A stretch of DNA of 64,000 nucleotides from Centroscyllium fabricii (Eukaryota): contig JBNRSN020000008.1 in assembly GCA_051313645.2 (NCBI GenBank), positions 68,200,001-68,264,000 of the forward strand. Reading direction: 5' to 3'. A program made the position numbers and the translations under genes. The notes under the pieces are model-generated. The model was not told the DNA's origin. It ran no database searches and worked only from the letters and a program-made list of their open reading frames with translations. Below are positions 1 to 9,753 of this stretch, piece by piece; position 1 is the first letter of the stretch, and each line of letters opens with the position of its first letter.

Positions 1-66
1 GGCGGCAGCGGCAGGGTCCTGGGGACTGATGTCCAGCTTCTCAGGTTTAACTGCGCTGCTCTCCAT
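1..66 (-). CDS. Start of gag of a Gypsy LTR retrotransposon (element E0, runs off the window edge)
   Basis: ATG at 66-64 gives MESSAVKPEKLDISPQDPAAAA, which resembles the N-terminus of the E5 Gag (MDTMLKPATFELDPRTPGA). It starts 24 nt after the LTR. Confidence 0.8.
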   Translation of the reverse strand, partial: MESSAVKPEKLDISPQDPAAAA

Positions 67-90
67 TTTAAAATAATTAGCAATTAAAAT

Positions 91-380
91 TGACGTATCG
101 TCAATATCTTCGATTAAAAGAGCCGACGAGTAGTTACCAAAACTAAAGGCTTTTAATTGCTAAGAATGGAGCTACCCTCCGGAACGAACTACAGTACAGG
201 AATGAAGGAGCCTCGGTCAGATCGCACCTATAACGGGGCCTCACCTGGGGGAGGAGTTGGAGGTGTGGCTGACCTGGCTCCCAACAGTGTCACAGTATAC
301 AGGGCTGTGCCTAACATCTGCACAGCCCATCATTAGCCATAATGGTACAGTGGTATAACAGACATACAATGGTTACCACA
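91..380 (-). mobile_element. 5' LTR of Gypsy element E0
   Basis: TG...CA ends. Homologous to the solo LTR at 19816-20085 and shares the plus-strand motifs gacgagtagtta and ggctttta with the E5 LTRs. Confidence 0.85.
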
Positions 381-526
381 TCCATTATCTGCACACCTGA
401 AATGTACTTTATTGTATGCAACCCATGTAACTTATTTGCACTACTCTCGGGAGTGGCGAGTCTACGTTTCGTTGTATTGTACTAGTACACTGCAATGACA
501 ATAAAATTGAATTGAAATTGAATTGA
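381..526 (+). mobile_element. 3' UTR/tail remnant of a Rex1/Babar-like LINE
   Basis: Matches copies at 39640-40362 and 63433-63645. Ends in tgcaatgacaataaa followed by (ATTGA)n. Confidence 0.7.
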
Positions 527-559
527 AGATGATCAGAACTCAATCTGATTGAATATCAG

Positions 560-1571
560 ATGCCGTATCAGTCACTCCTGAAATCTAAATGAGGGGGTTG
601 GAAATCATATTCTGTCAGCAGCTTATTCAACTGCACCCATCACTCCGTCCCGCACTTCCAGCTCTGCTGTACCTCTGACGATCTCCAGAGCTGTCTCCTC
701 AGCATTGATTGAATGGGCCATGGAAGGTGGCCCTCCTCCTGTCCTTCCCCTCTGCCTCTTATTGTGAGCGCTCTTTTCCTGAAATAAGGGAGACAAGTGG
801 AGTTTGAGCGAGAATGTTGGAGTGAGTGTAAAGAATCCATAGCATAGATGCTTAGAGGGAGACAAAGATGGAGTGAGGTGGCAAGACCAAGGGCCCTCCC
901 TGTGCATTGTTAGTTGTTTTCATTGCATAACAATGATAGCGAATGTGAGGGATGCGTAGTAGAATAGTGGTTAGGGTAAGTTGGGATGTGCAGGAGTAGG
1001 TTGACAATGCAGAGTGCTGGTGATGAGAAGAGATGGGAAGCAGATTGTAGGTAAGTGTGATGTTATACTCACTTTTGCTGAGTGTAGCAGATCATTGAAC
1101 CTTTTCCTACACTGAACCCAGGTGCGTGAACACAAAGACCTGGTGCTAACCTCCTCAGCAATTTGCAGCCAGGCTGCCTTGGTTTGCTGAGGAGGCTTCC
1201 TATGTCCATTGGAGGGAAACAGAACCTCCTTGCACCCTCTTACTCTCTCCACAAGAGCATGGAGGGAGTCATCATCAAAATGGGGAGAAGCCTTGGTTCT
1301 TGCAGCAGTCATCTCGCAAACAATACCACTGAGAAGCATCAGAAAGTGAATAAAACCCAAAGGCTGCTTGGGCCCCTTAAATGCAACTGAATCGAAGATG
1401 TCAACAGAGGCGAGCAGCAGATTGGAACCCACTGATTGGGCCGGGTAACGCGCATGGAGGGCTTAATAAGCCCAGTTAACTCAAAATCCTTATCGCAGCG
1501 CAGCTGAAACTGACAGCAGGACCGCAACTTGCTGAGCAATGAACCCGCCTCCAATGGCAAAATCGCAGCCC
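560..1571 (-). mobile_element. Truncated PIF/Harbinger DNA transposon
   Basis: Carries the Myb/SANT ORF and a Harbinger-like terminus (GGGCTGCGATTTT on minus) at 1571. The other end and a transposase were not seen. Confidence 0.55.
623..1312 (-). CDS. Two-exon Myb/SANT-like DNA-binding protein (PIF/Harbinger accessory ORF type); exons 1312-1073 and 778-623
   Basis: F..DSL.ALV...KEVLF...AWLQIAEEV...RTWVQCRKRFNDL, then GTGAGT donor, pyrimidine tract + CAG acceptor, and in-frame EKSAHNKRQRGRTGGGPP. Confidence 0.7.
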
Positions 1572-1739
1572 ACGTGTATTTCACATTCCCTTTGGAATGC
1601 ACATGATCCCTTCTTAGTGATGCAACAAAAGGGAATGCATCATATAATTACTTATTTTACAAAAGTGCACATGTACTATACCTGGTAGTAATTTGAAAAG
1701 TGAGTCGTGGATTACATCAATGGGATAGGTACTTATTAT

Positions 1740-2222
1740 CTTCTTCTTAGGCAGTCCCTCAGAATCGAGGATGACTTGCTTCCACATTAAAAATGAGTTC
1801 TCAGGTGACTGAGGAGTCCAATGCAGGCTTCTGCTTACTCCCGGCGAAGAGACTCGAGGTGTTCGGCGCCTTCCCAGATGCTTCTCCTCCACTCTGTGCG
1901 GTCTTGGGCCAGGTATTCCCAGGTGTCGGTGGGGATGTTACAGTTTTTCAAGGAGGCTTTGAGGGTGTCCTTGTAGCGTTTCCTCTGCCCACCTGGGACT
2001 CTCTTGCTGTGCCGGAGCTCCGAGTAGAGCGCTTGTTTTGAGAGTCTCGTATTGGACATGCGGACAATGTGACCCGTCCATCGGAGCTGATCGAACGTGG
2101 TCAAAGCTTCGATGCTGGGGATGTTGGCCTGAGCAAGAACACTGATGTTGGTGCGCCTATCCTGCCAATGGATTTGCAGGATCTTGCGGAGGCAGTGATG
2201 GTGGTACCTCTCCAGTGCTTTG
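1740..2222 (-). mobile_element. 5'-truncated RTE-clade LINE
   Basis: CLRKILQIHWQD...QLRWTGHIVRM...RLSKQALY...GGQRKRYKDTLK C-terminal motifs and an (AAG)n tail. Confidence 0.8.
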
Positions 2223-2464
2223 AAGATTATGGAATTTCTTATTATGGAATTTAATTGGGGCACATCAGTGTTTGAAGTACGTGTATGTAACAGCAGGAGA
2301 AAAAGCATATCATAACTTCTTGTCTGTGTGGTTACAAATATATCCTGTTCCACGTTGCAAACATCACCTCAGTTTTTCTGGAAATGAAAAGCCAACAATT
2401 AAGCAGTTTTATTTTCACATGCTGATTCACATATCCCTAGCAGGATTAGTTTGCTACATATAAT

Positions 2465-3335
2465 GGGCCAGAATTTCGTCTGTGCAGGTTGGTAAGTGCG
2501 CTAGGACCCTGCGGACACCTATCGCACGCACCAACATCGCACAGAAGTTGCTCCCTGACTTTCCTCCCCGTTCCTGCGCTGCGTGGCAGTCCAGCCACGC
2601 TAGGAGCGCAGTTGATGCGATGCCGTCGTGCGTGGGCATCAGTGATGCCCCGCCCCCAGATCACCGATTTACATAAAAAAACACCCCCAGATCCCCAATT
2701 TAAATTTAAAAACTCCCCCGTTTTAGAGTCAGACCCGGTAGAGAGCAGGGACGTGAGGCGCTGCAGCCACAGACTCGGCGGGGAGCAGCGCGGGCAGAGC
2801 AGCTTCTCAGAGGAAGAAACGCAAAGTAAGTCTCTGCCATTTTTTCTCTTAGATGTTTTACAATAGCTAGATAGTTAAAAATTTCAGAAATTTAACTTTA
2901 AAAATTAGCGATTTGAAACAGGTAAATTAACTTAAAATCGGATTTGTAATTTTTAAAAAAAAACTTTAACTGAAAAATTTAACGCTACCGATCTGGCCAC
3001 ATTACTCCCAAAAACTGTAAAAAATTAAAATTAAAGTTAAAAAATTAACTTACCTGCTTTAGTAACTAAATCTTGTCCCTCACGCACGAGTTTACTACTG
3101 TTTTTCCCGGGTGCAGCTTGTGGGCCAGTTGCCCACAGAATCACTCACCAAAAATCACCCTTTTGGATTGCAAATTCTGGGTGCAACTCACTCCTGCGTT
3201 TGATGCTGAGGGCCCTTCTCCCTCAGCATTCGAAATCTCCGTTCCGTGGGCATCCCCCGTGCGTTCATCGCATGGGGCATTTTGGACCCCCTCCGTGCGT
3301 GTGCAGCTACTGTGGTCAACACGAAATTCTGGCCC
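2465..3335. mobile_element. Harbinger-type MITE
   Basis: TIRs gggccagaatttcg / cgaaattctggccc with AAT/ATT flanks. Close homolog at 36372-37207. Confidence 0.8.
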
Positions 3336-3439
3336 ATTTTGTTTTATGGTTTTGACATTCTGTTTCCTGACCAAAGTTAACTTAAAGGCTAGGCTGATAA
3401 TAAATATTGCTATAGGCAATTTGAAAGAGGTTCAAAAAT

Positions 3440-4032
3440 GAATGAGACCATCAATTCAGCTGCCTCTGCCGCTTTCCTCACTACCCGTTGTTCACTAAGG
3501 CAAGCTTCCCCCAAGGTTCCCCCTCTGCTCTAGTCCTGAACATGCTTCTTTCTCTCCTATCTCCATTCAGGTCCTCTCTAAGCTCATCTTGTCCATGAGA
3601 CCCACGTCCTGCTCTCTCAACTCCATTTCCACTAAACAGCTAACCACCTAACTTACCTTCCTGGCCCGAATGTTAGCTGACATTGAAAACTGTTCCCTTT
3701 CCTTCGGTACTGTCCCCATTCCTATTCAAATCCATTGAAGGCTTCGCCCCTCATTTTCTCTCACCTCCTCCAGCAGTACAACCCATGAGAACACTGTATT
3801 CCTCCAACTCTGACCTCTTACAAAATCTCACACAAGCTTTGGTGGCTGCACCTTCAACTGTCTAGGCCCTAAGCTGTGGAATTCCCTCCCTAAACATCTC
3901 AATCTCTCTCTCTTCTCTTTTAAGACCCTTCTGAAAACTTATCTCTTCAACCAAGCTTTTAGTTGCCCTTCCTGTGAAACGCACTGGGACGTTTTCCTAC
4001 ATTGACAGCGCTTTATCAATGCAAGTTGTTGA
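3440..4032 (+). mobile_element. Degraded L2-like LINE fragment
   Basis: Pyrimidine-rich L2-like body and a 3' tail tgtgaaacgcactgggacg...atgcaagttgttg. Confidence 0.55.
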
Positions 4033-4585
4033 TAGTTTTTGTCCATGTTAAACTAGGCAGAGCTGCTGGGCATTTGGAAAATGAGGAAATGCTTTTTTTT
4101 TTAGAGACCTGTCCCTGATATTTATCAATGCCCATGATGGTTTCCCCATGTCAATTCGTTTTTGGGATGTAATTAAATTACTAAGGGTGACTTTTTGACT
4201 GAATTATTATTTTGTAGTGCATGCAGTCCTGAAGAACCACGCTAGACACGGTGAAATCGGATAACACTCATTTAATAGTTAACACTGCAAGGGCCAGGTA
4301 GCGAAGAGAGTGAGCCACCTGGAACAGGCATATTTATAGGGCCCGCGGTTGGTGACGTCACTGCCGGAAGTGCCGGTGACGTCATCACACCGGAAGTCGC
4401 GGTGACGTCATCACGCCGCCGGCGGGCAGGGCCGTGTCCCGCAGTACTCCCGAGGCGGATTCGTTGGTCTTGGTGGGCGTGTCGCCACACAGCTCGCCCC
4501 CAGAATCTGTGAGGGAGAATAAAGTTAAAAATAAAAAAAAGGGAGAATAAAGTAAAAATAAAAAATGGAGCATAAAAGATGAGTC

Positions 4586-7345
4586 TCAGGCAAGGCGTTG
4601 AGGTGGCCGGATGATGCGGCCGGCACGTGTCGTGCGCTGCTCCTTGTTCTGCGTGGGAGTGTGGGCGGGCTTTGGTGCGGTAGGGCGTCCGCATTTTGGT
4701 GGCTGCGCGGGGACTGTTGTCTCGCCCGCCATTACATGTGCCGGTTTGAGCAGGTCAATCGAGACAGTCTCAGTTCTGTTGCCCATTTTGATTTGGAATG
4801 TCTTAGGTCCCACCCGAAGCACTCTGTACGGTCCATCGTACGGTGGTTGTAGTGGTGTTCGATGTGCGTCGTGGCGAACAAACACATATTTGGCGTTCTT
4901 GATGCCATCTGGAACACGTGCTGCTGGCTCTCCGTGCCGGGCCACCGGGAGTGGTGTGAACGCCCCTGCCTGATTGTTAAATTCCTTGAGGCAGCGGTCG
5001 GCTGACCAGGGGGCGTTGGTTTCTGCGATGAACTCGCCTGGTACGGTTAGGGGTTGGCCATAGACGAGTTCAGCCGCTGAGGCGTGCAGGTCTTCCTTGG
5101 CCGCTGAGCGTAGGCCGACCATTACCCAGGGCAGGCGGTCGGTCCAGGTTGCGTCCTTAAGGCTGGCCTGCAGGGAAGCTTTGATGGAGTGGTGGAACCG
5201 TTCGCAGAGGCCATTGGCCTGTGGGTGGTAGGCGGTGGTTCGGTGCAGGGTTGCCCCGAGGTCGTGGGCGATGGTCGCCCATAGGGTTGAGGTAAATTGG
5301 GGGCCCCTGTCCGACGTGATGTCGGTGGGTACGCCGAAACGTGCAACCCAGGTGGCGATGAAGGCCCTGGCCAGGTCCACGGTGGTGGTAGCGGTGAGTG
5401 GGACCGCTTCTGGCCAGCGGGTGCTGCGGTCGACCATTGTCATGACGTGTGTATGTTCCCGTGATGGCGGTAGTGGTCCGACCAGGTCGATGTGGACGTG
5501 GCTGAAGCGTCTAGCTGGGATGGCGATTGTTTCTAGTGGTGCCTTGATGTGCTTGTGCACCTTGGCGCGCTGGCAGGCAGTGCAGGCGTTGGTCCAGGCG
5601 CGGACATCCTTGCACAGGCCGCGCCAAACGAAACGTGCCGAAATCAGCTTGATGGACGCGCGGGTGCCGGGGTGGGACAGGTCATGGAGGGTCTGGAAGA
5701 TGTGTCGCCTCCATGCATGGGGGACGACGGGTCTGGGCTGCGGGAGGGAGACGTCGCAGCGGACCACCGTGGCTGTGGGCCCGTGTGCTACGGTGGCCAA
5801 GTGCAGGCCGGGGAGATTGGTAGCTGGGTCGAGCAGATCGGGGTCGGTCAGTTGGTCGGCCGCCATTTTGGCGTAGTCGACGGCCGTTTGTACTGAGTTG
5901 ATGGTGGGGCGTGACAGGCAGTCAGCGACCACGTTGTCGCGGCCGGCGATGTGCTGTATGTCGGTAGTAAACTCCGACACAGCCGCGAGCTGGCGCTGCT
6001 GCCTGGCCGACCAGGGTTTGGCGATCTTAGCCATTGCTGACACGAGTGGCTTGTGATCTACGAAGGCTGTAAAGTGGCGGCCCTCTAGGAGGAAGCGGAA
6101 GTGGCGCACTGCGAGGTAGAGAGCGAGTAGCTCCCTATCGAAGGCGCTGTACTTGACCTCCGGGGGCCGGAGTTGCCGGCTGAAAAAGGCCAGGGGTTGC
6201 CAGGAGTTGCCTGTCCACTGCTCGTAGACCGCTCCGACGGCGCGGTCGGAGGCGTCGGTGGTGAGGGCCACTCTGGCGTTGGGCCTAGGGTGGGTTAGGA
6301 GCGTGGCGTTGGCCCGGGCGGTTTTGGTTGCGGTGAAGGCGGTGGTGGCTTCGGCCGTCCACTCGACCGCAGCCTTGTTGGACTGCCCGCGGGTGGCCTG
6401 ATAGAGGGGTGCCATGAGAGCGGCTGCTCCTGAGATGAAGCGGTTGTAAAAATTAACCATCCCAAGGAATTCCTGCAGCCCCTTGATGGAGTGCGGGCGG
6501 GGGAATTCCTGGACCGCATGCACCTTGGAGGGCAGGGGTATGGCCCCGGTCTGGGAAATACGGTGGCCGAGGAAGTCGATCATCTCGAGGCCGAACCGAC
6601 ATTTGGTGGGGCTTAATATAAGGCCATGTTCGACCAGGCGTTTGAACAGGGTCCTGAGATGGAGGAGGTGTTCCTGGGGGGAGGTGCTGGCCACGAGGAT
6701 GTCGTCCAGGTAGACGAACGTGAATTGCAAGTCCCGTAGGACTGAGTCCATGAGGCGTTGGAAGGCCTGGGCCGTGTTTTTGAGTCCGAAGGGCATTCGG
6801 AGAAACTCGAAAAGGCCGAACGGGGTAATGACGGCTGTCTTAGGGACATCCGCCAGGTGCACTGGTACCTGGTGGTAGCCCCGTACCAGGTCGATCTTTG
6901 AAAAAATTGTGCAGCCGGCTAGCCTTGCTGAGAAGTCTTGGATGTAGGGTACGGGGTACCTGTCTGGGGTGGTGGCGTTGTTGAGGCGGCGGTAGTCTCC
7001 GCAGGGGCGCCAGCCACCGCCGGGTTTGGGGGCGATGTGGAGGGGAGAGGCCCAGTGGCTGCTGGAGCGGCGGATTATGCCGAGTTGCTCCATGATGTGG
7101 AACTCGGTACGCGCGATCTCCAGCTTGGCCGGGTCCAGCCTGCGTGCGTGGGCATGGACTGGGGGGCCTGTGGTGGTGATGTGATGCTCCACCCCATGCT
7201 TGGCCGTGCGGGCTGTGAAGGTGGGGTTGGTGAGGGCTGGGAACTCCGCGAGGAGTGTGCCGTACGTGTCGGAGTTCCGGGCTCGGCAGTGGGATGCTGC
7301 GTGGGCCTGGTGTGCTGGCCCTGTGGAGCATGGGATGGTCGACAT
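4586..7345 (-). CDS. E1 pol (RT, RNase H, integrase)
   Basis: YLDD, TDAS, HHCC zinc finger, TSDRG...ERFH and GPY motifs. Confidence 0.92.
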   Translation of the reverse strand: MSTIPCSTGPAHQAHAASHCRARNSDTYGTLLAEFPALTNPTFTARTAKHGVEHHITTTGPPVHAHARRLDPAKLEIARTEFHIMEQLGIIRRSSSHWASPLHIAPKPGGGWRPCGDYRRLNNATTPDRYPVPYIQDFSARLAGCTIFSKIDLVRGYHQVPVHLADVPKTAVITPFGLFEFLRMPFGLKNTAQAFQRLMDSVLRDLQFTFVYLDDILVASTSPQEHLLHLRTLFKRLVEHGLILSPTKCRFGLEMIDFLGHRISQTGAIPLPSKVHAVQEFPRPHSIKGLQEFLGMVNFYNRFISGAAALMAPLYQATRGQSNKAAVEWTAEATTAFTATKTARANATLLTHPRPNARVALTTDASDRAVGAVYEQWTGNSWQPLAFFSRQLRPPEVKYSAFDRELLALYLAVRHFRFLLEGRHFTAFVDHKPLVSAMAKIAKPWSARQQRQLAAVSEFTTDIQHIAGRDNVVADCLSRPTINSVQTAVDYAKMAADQLTDPDLLDPATNLPGLHLATVAHGPTATVVRCDVSLPQPRPVVPHAWRRHIFQTLHDLSHPGTRASIKLISARFVWRGLCKDVRAWTNACTACQRAKVHKHIKAPLETIAIPARRFSHVHIDLVGPLPPSREHTHVMTMVDRSTRWPEAVPLTATTTVDLARAFIATWVARFGVPTDITSDRGPQFTSTLWATIAHDLGATLHRTTAYHPQANGLCERFHHSIKASLQASLKDATWTDRLPWVMVGLRSAAKEDLHASAAELVYGQPLTVPGEFIAETNAPWSADRCLKEFNNQAGAFTPLPVARHGEPAARVPDGIKNAKYVFVRHDAHRTPLQPPYDGPYRVLRVGPKTFQIKMGNRTETVSIDLLKPAHVMAGETTVPAQPPKCGRPTAPKPAHTPTQNKEQRTTRAGRIIRPPQRLA

Positions 7346-8173
7346 GTTATGGATGTCGACCAGGTGGCGCCGGGTTACGTCGACCAGTAGGCCGTGGGCG
7401 CAAAGAAAATCGGCCCCGAGGAGGGGTAGTTTGACTTGGGCTGTGATGAAGTCCCAAATGGTACGTGTGGCCTGCTAGCTTGATGGTGAGCTTGCGGGTG
7501 CCGAACGTAACTATCTCGGAGCCATTTGCGGCTTCGAGTGGTGGGCCTTGGGTGCCTTGCTTGATTTCTGCGGGGGAGGCTGGCACGATGCTGTGCTGCG
7601 CGCCTGTGTCGCAGAGGAAGCGGAGGCCTGAGCCGCTGTCCGTGACGAAGAGCAGTGCTCCGGAGCGGCCTACGGACATGGTGGGGCTTGGGCTGGTTTG
7701 GGGTTTGAATGTGCAGGGCTGGACGCAGCGCTGCGCTTTAGCTTCAAACCTGGTGTGGTAGTAACACCAGCCGGGGCCTGTTGTGCGCGGCTTTTTGCGG
7801 GTGCGCACTGGCCTAGGGTCAGACTTGGGGCCGGACCTGGGGTGCGCATAGTAGTGCTCCGGTGCCGCGGCAGTGGGCTCGCACGTGGCGGCTCAGGTGC
7901 GCTCGGCCCTCATCAGCTTGTCGGCCTCCTCAGCCAGTTGCTCTTTCGTGTAGTGGTCGAGGATCGTCAGAGCCGGTCTGACGGAGGGAGGCAGTTTGAG
8001 GAGGAACAAGGCGCGCTTAATGGTGGCCGGGTCGCAATTGAGCGCTTCCATTTGGGCCCAGAGGTCCGATGGGTCTGCGTCCCCGAGTTCGGGGAGGTTA
8101 ATGAGCTGGCAGTCGCGCTCAAACTGGGTGGGGGTGAATTTCTTTAAGGAATTCGTACCTGCCAGCGGTTGGT

Positions 8174-9155
8174 TCAGAATCAGAATCAGAATCAGGTTTA
8201 TTTGTCACATTCCATATACACAGTCTGCATAGATGGTAGCGAGATACCGTTTCTCCATAAGATCAAAAATGTAAAGGCAACAACATAAAAGGACACATTA
8301 AAAGACATAAAAACATTAAAACATAGAGAGCAGCATTAAAAGTGCTAGTGCTTGATTTAAAGAGTGCTGGTGTTGAAGTGCTATGTGTCTCTTATCCCCT
8401 GGTATCGGTGAGGGGGAATGGAGGGCAACGCTGGGAGCGTGTTCAATGTTCTGATAGCTTGGGGGAAGAAGCTGTTACACAGTCTGGTGGATCTTGCCCG
8501 GATGCTCCGTAGCCTCTTGCCCGATGGTAGGGGTGCAAAGAGGTGGTGGGAGGGATGTGAGGGGTCTGCCATTATGTTGGTGGCCTTCCTGATGCAGCGG
8601 TCCGGGTAGATGTCAGCAAGGAGGGGGAGAGAGACACCTATGATCTTTTCTGCTGCTCTCACTATTCTCTGTAGGGACTTACGGTCAGCGGCTGTACAGT
8701 TCCCATACCAGAGTGTGATGTAGTGTGTGAGGATGCTCTCAATAGTCCCTCTGTAGAATGTTGTCATGATGGATGGGGTGGAGTTCACTTTTCTCAGTCT
8801 TCGCAGGAAGTGGAGGCGTTGTTGGGCTTTCTTGGTGATGGCTGTGGTGTTGATGGACCAGTTCAGATTGTCAGCAATGTGCACCCCCAGGAACTTGGTG
8901 CTGCCGACTCTTTCGACAGCAGTCCCATTGATGGTCAGTGGGGCGTGCACCCTGCGGCCTTTTCTGAAGTCGATGACCATCTCCTTCATCTTCTCCACAT
9001 TTAAGGAGAGGTTGTTGTTGTTACACCACGTGAGTAGCTGCTGCACTTCCTCTCTGTAGTTTGATTCATCTTCATTTGTGACGAGTCCCACCACCGTTGT
9101 GTCGTCAGCAAATTTGATGAAGTGGTTGGAGCTGAACCTGGCAGAGCAGTCGTGC
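8174..9155 (-). mobile_element. 5'-truncated Rex1/Babar LINE nested in E1 gag
   Basis: IKFADDTTVVGL...SFFPQAIRTLN, similar to ORF 59103-61982, followed by AATAAA and an (ATTCTG)n tail. Confidence 0.9.
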
Positions 9156-9373
9156 TGTATCGATGACCACATTCGGTCGACCGTGGTCTGCGAAAGGGCT
9201 GCGAAGAGCAGGCTGTGTCGATCGTCCCCCTGTACGCCATGGATGCGGTAGGTGTTCTCCGTGCTGAGGAACCAGGCCGCTGGACGTAGTTCCCAGAACT
9301 CTGGCAAGGTTGGTATTTGGCCGTAGTTCTGGCCCAGTCTGTGGAGTCGCGCTGTTTGGCTCCCTGCTGGCAT
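8381..9373 (-). CDS. Chimeric ORF: E1 Gag N-terminus fused in frame to Rex1-type RT C-terminus
   Basis: LPEFWELRPAAWF...MWSSIQ joined to HDCSARF...FADD; 330 aa open. Confidence 0.6.
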   Translation of the reverse strand: MPAGSQTARLHRLGQNYGQIPTLPEFWELRPAAWFLSTENTYRIHGVQGDDRHSLLFAALSQTTVDRMWSSIQHDCSARFSSNHFIKFADDTTVVGLVTNEDESNYREEVQQLLTWCNNNNLSLNVEKMKEMVIDFRKGRRVHAPLTINGTAVERVGSTKFLGVHIADNLNWSINTTAITKKAQQRLHFLRRLRKVNSTPSIMTTFYRGTIESILTHYITLWYGNCTAADRKSLQRIVRAAEKIIGVSLPLLADIYPDRCIRKATNIMADPSHPSHHLFAPLPSGKRLRSIRARSTRLCNSFFPQAIRTLNTLPALPSIPPHRYQGIRDT

Positions 9374-9753
9374 GTTGGTTGGGAGTGTACTGAGGCAGCT
9401 TGGCCCTCAGTCCTGCAGCAACTGCTTCATTATGTTCCCTTGGAAGTTGTTCCAAGTATCGAGGTCACCACTGTAGTGCATGCAGTCCTGAAGAACCACG
9501 CTAGACACGGTGAAATCGGATAACACTCATTTAATAGTTAACACGGCAAGGGCCAGGTAGCGAAGAGAGTGAGCCACCTGGAACAGGCATATTTAAAGGG
9601 CCCGCGGTTGGTGACATCACTGCCGGAAGTGCCGGTGACGTCATCACGCCAGAAGTCGCGGTGACGTCATCACGCCGCCCGGCGGGCGGGGCCGTGTCCC
9701 GCAGTACTCCCGAGGCGGATTCGTTGGTCTTGGTGGGCGTGTCGCCACAATTT

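Larger units (their letters stand above)
4213..9749 (-). mobile_element. Gypsy LTR retrotransposon E1, CsRn1-type, disrupted
   Basis: LTRs 4213-4489 and 9472-9749, TSD ATTT, PBS TGGTGACCTCGA (tRNA-Trp-like), purine tract next to the 3' LTR. Gag is interrupted by a LINE, with a frameshift near 7460 and a stop near 7347. Confidence 0.95.
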
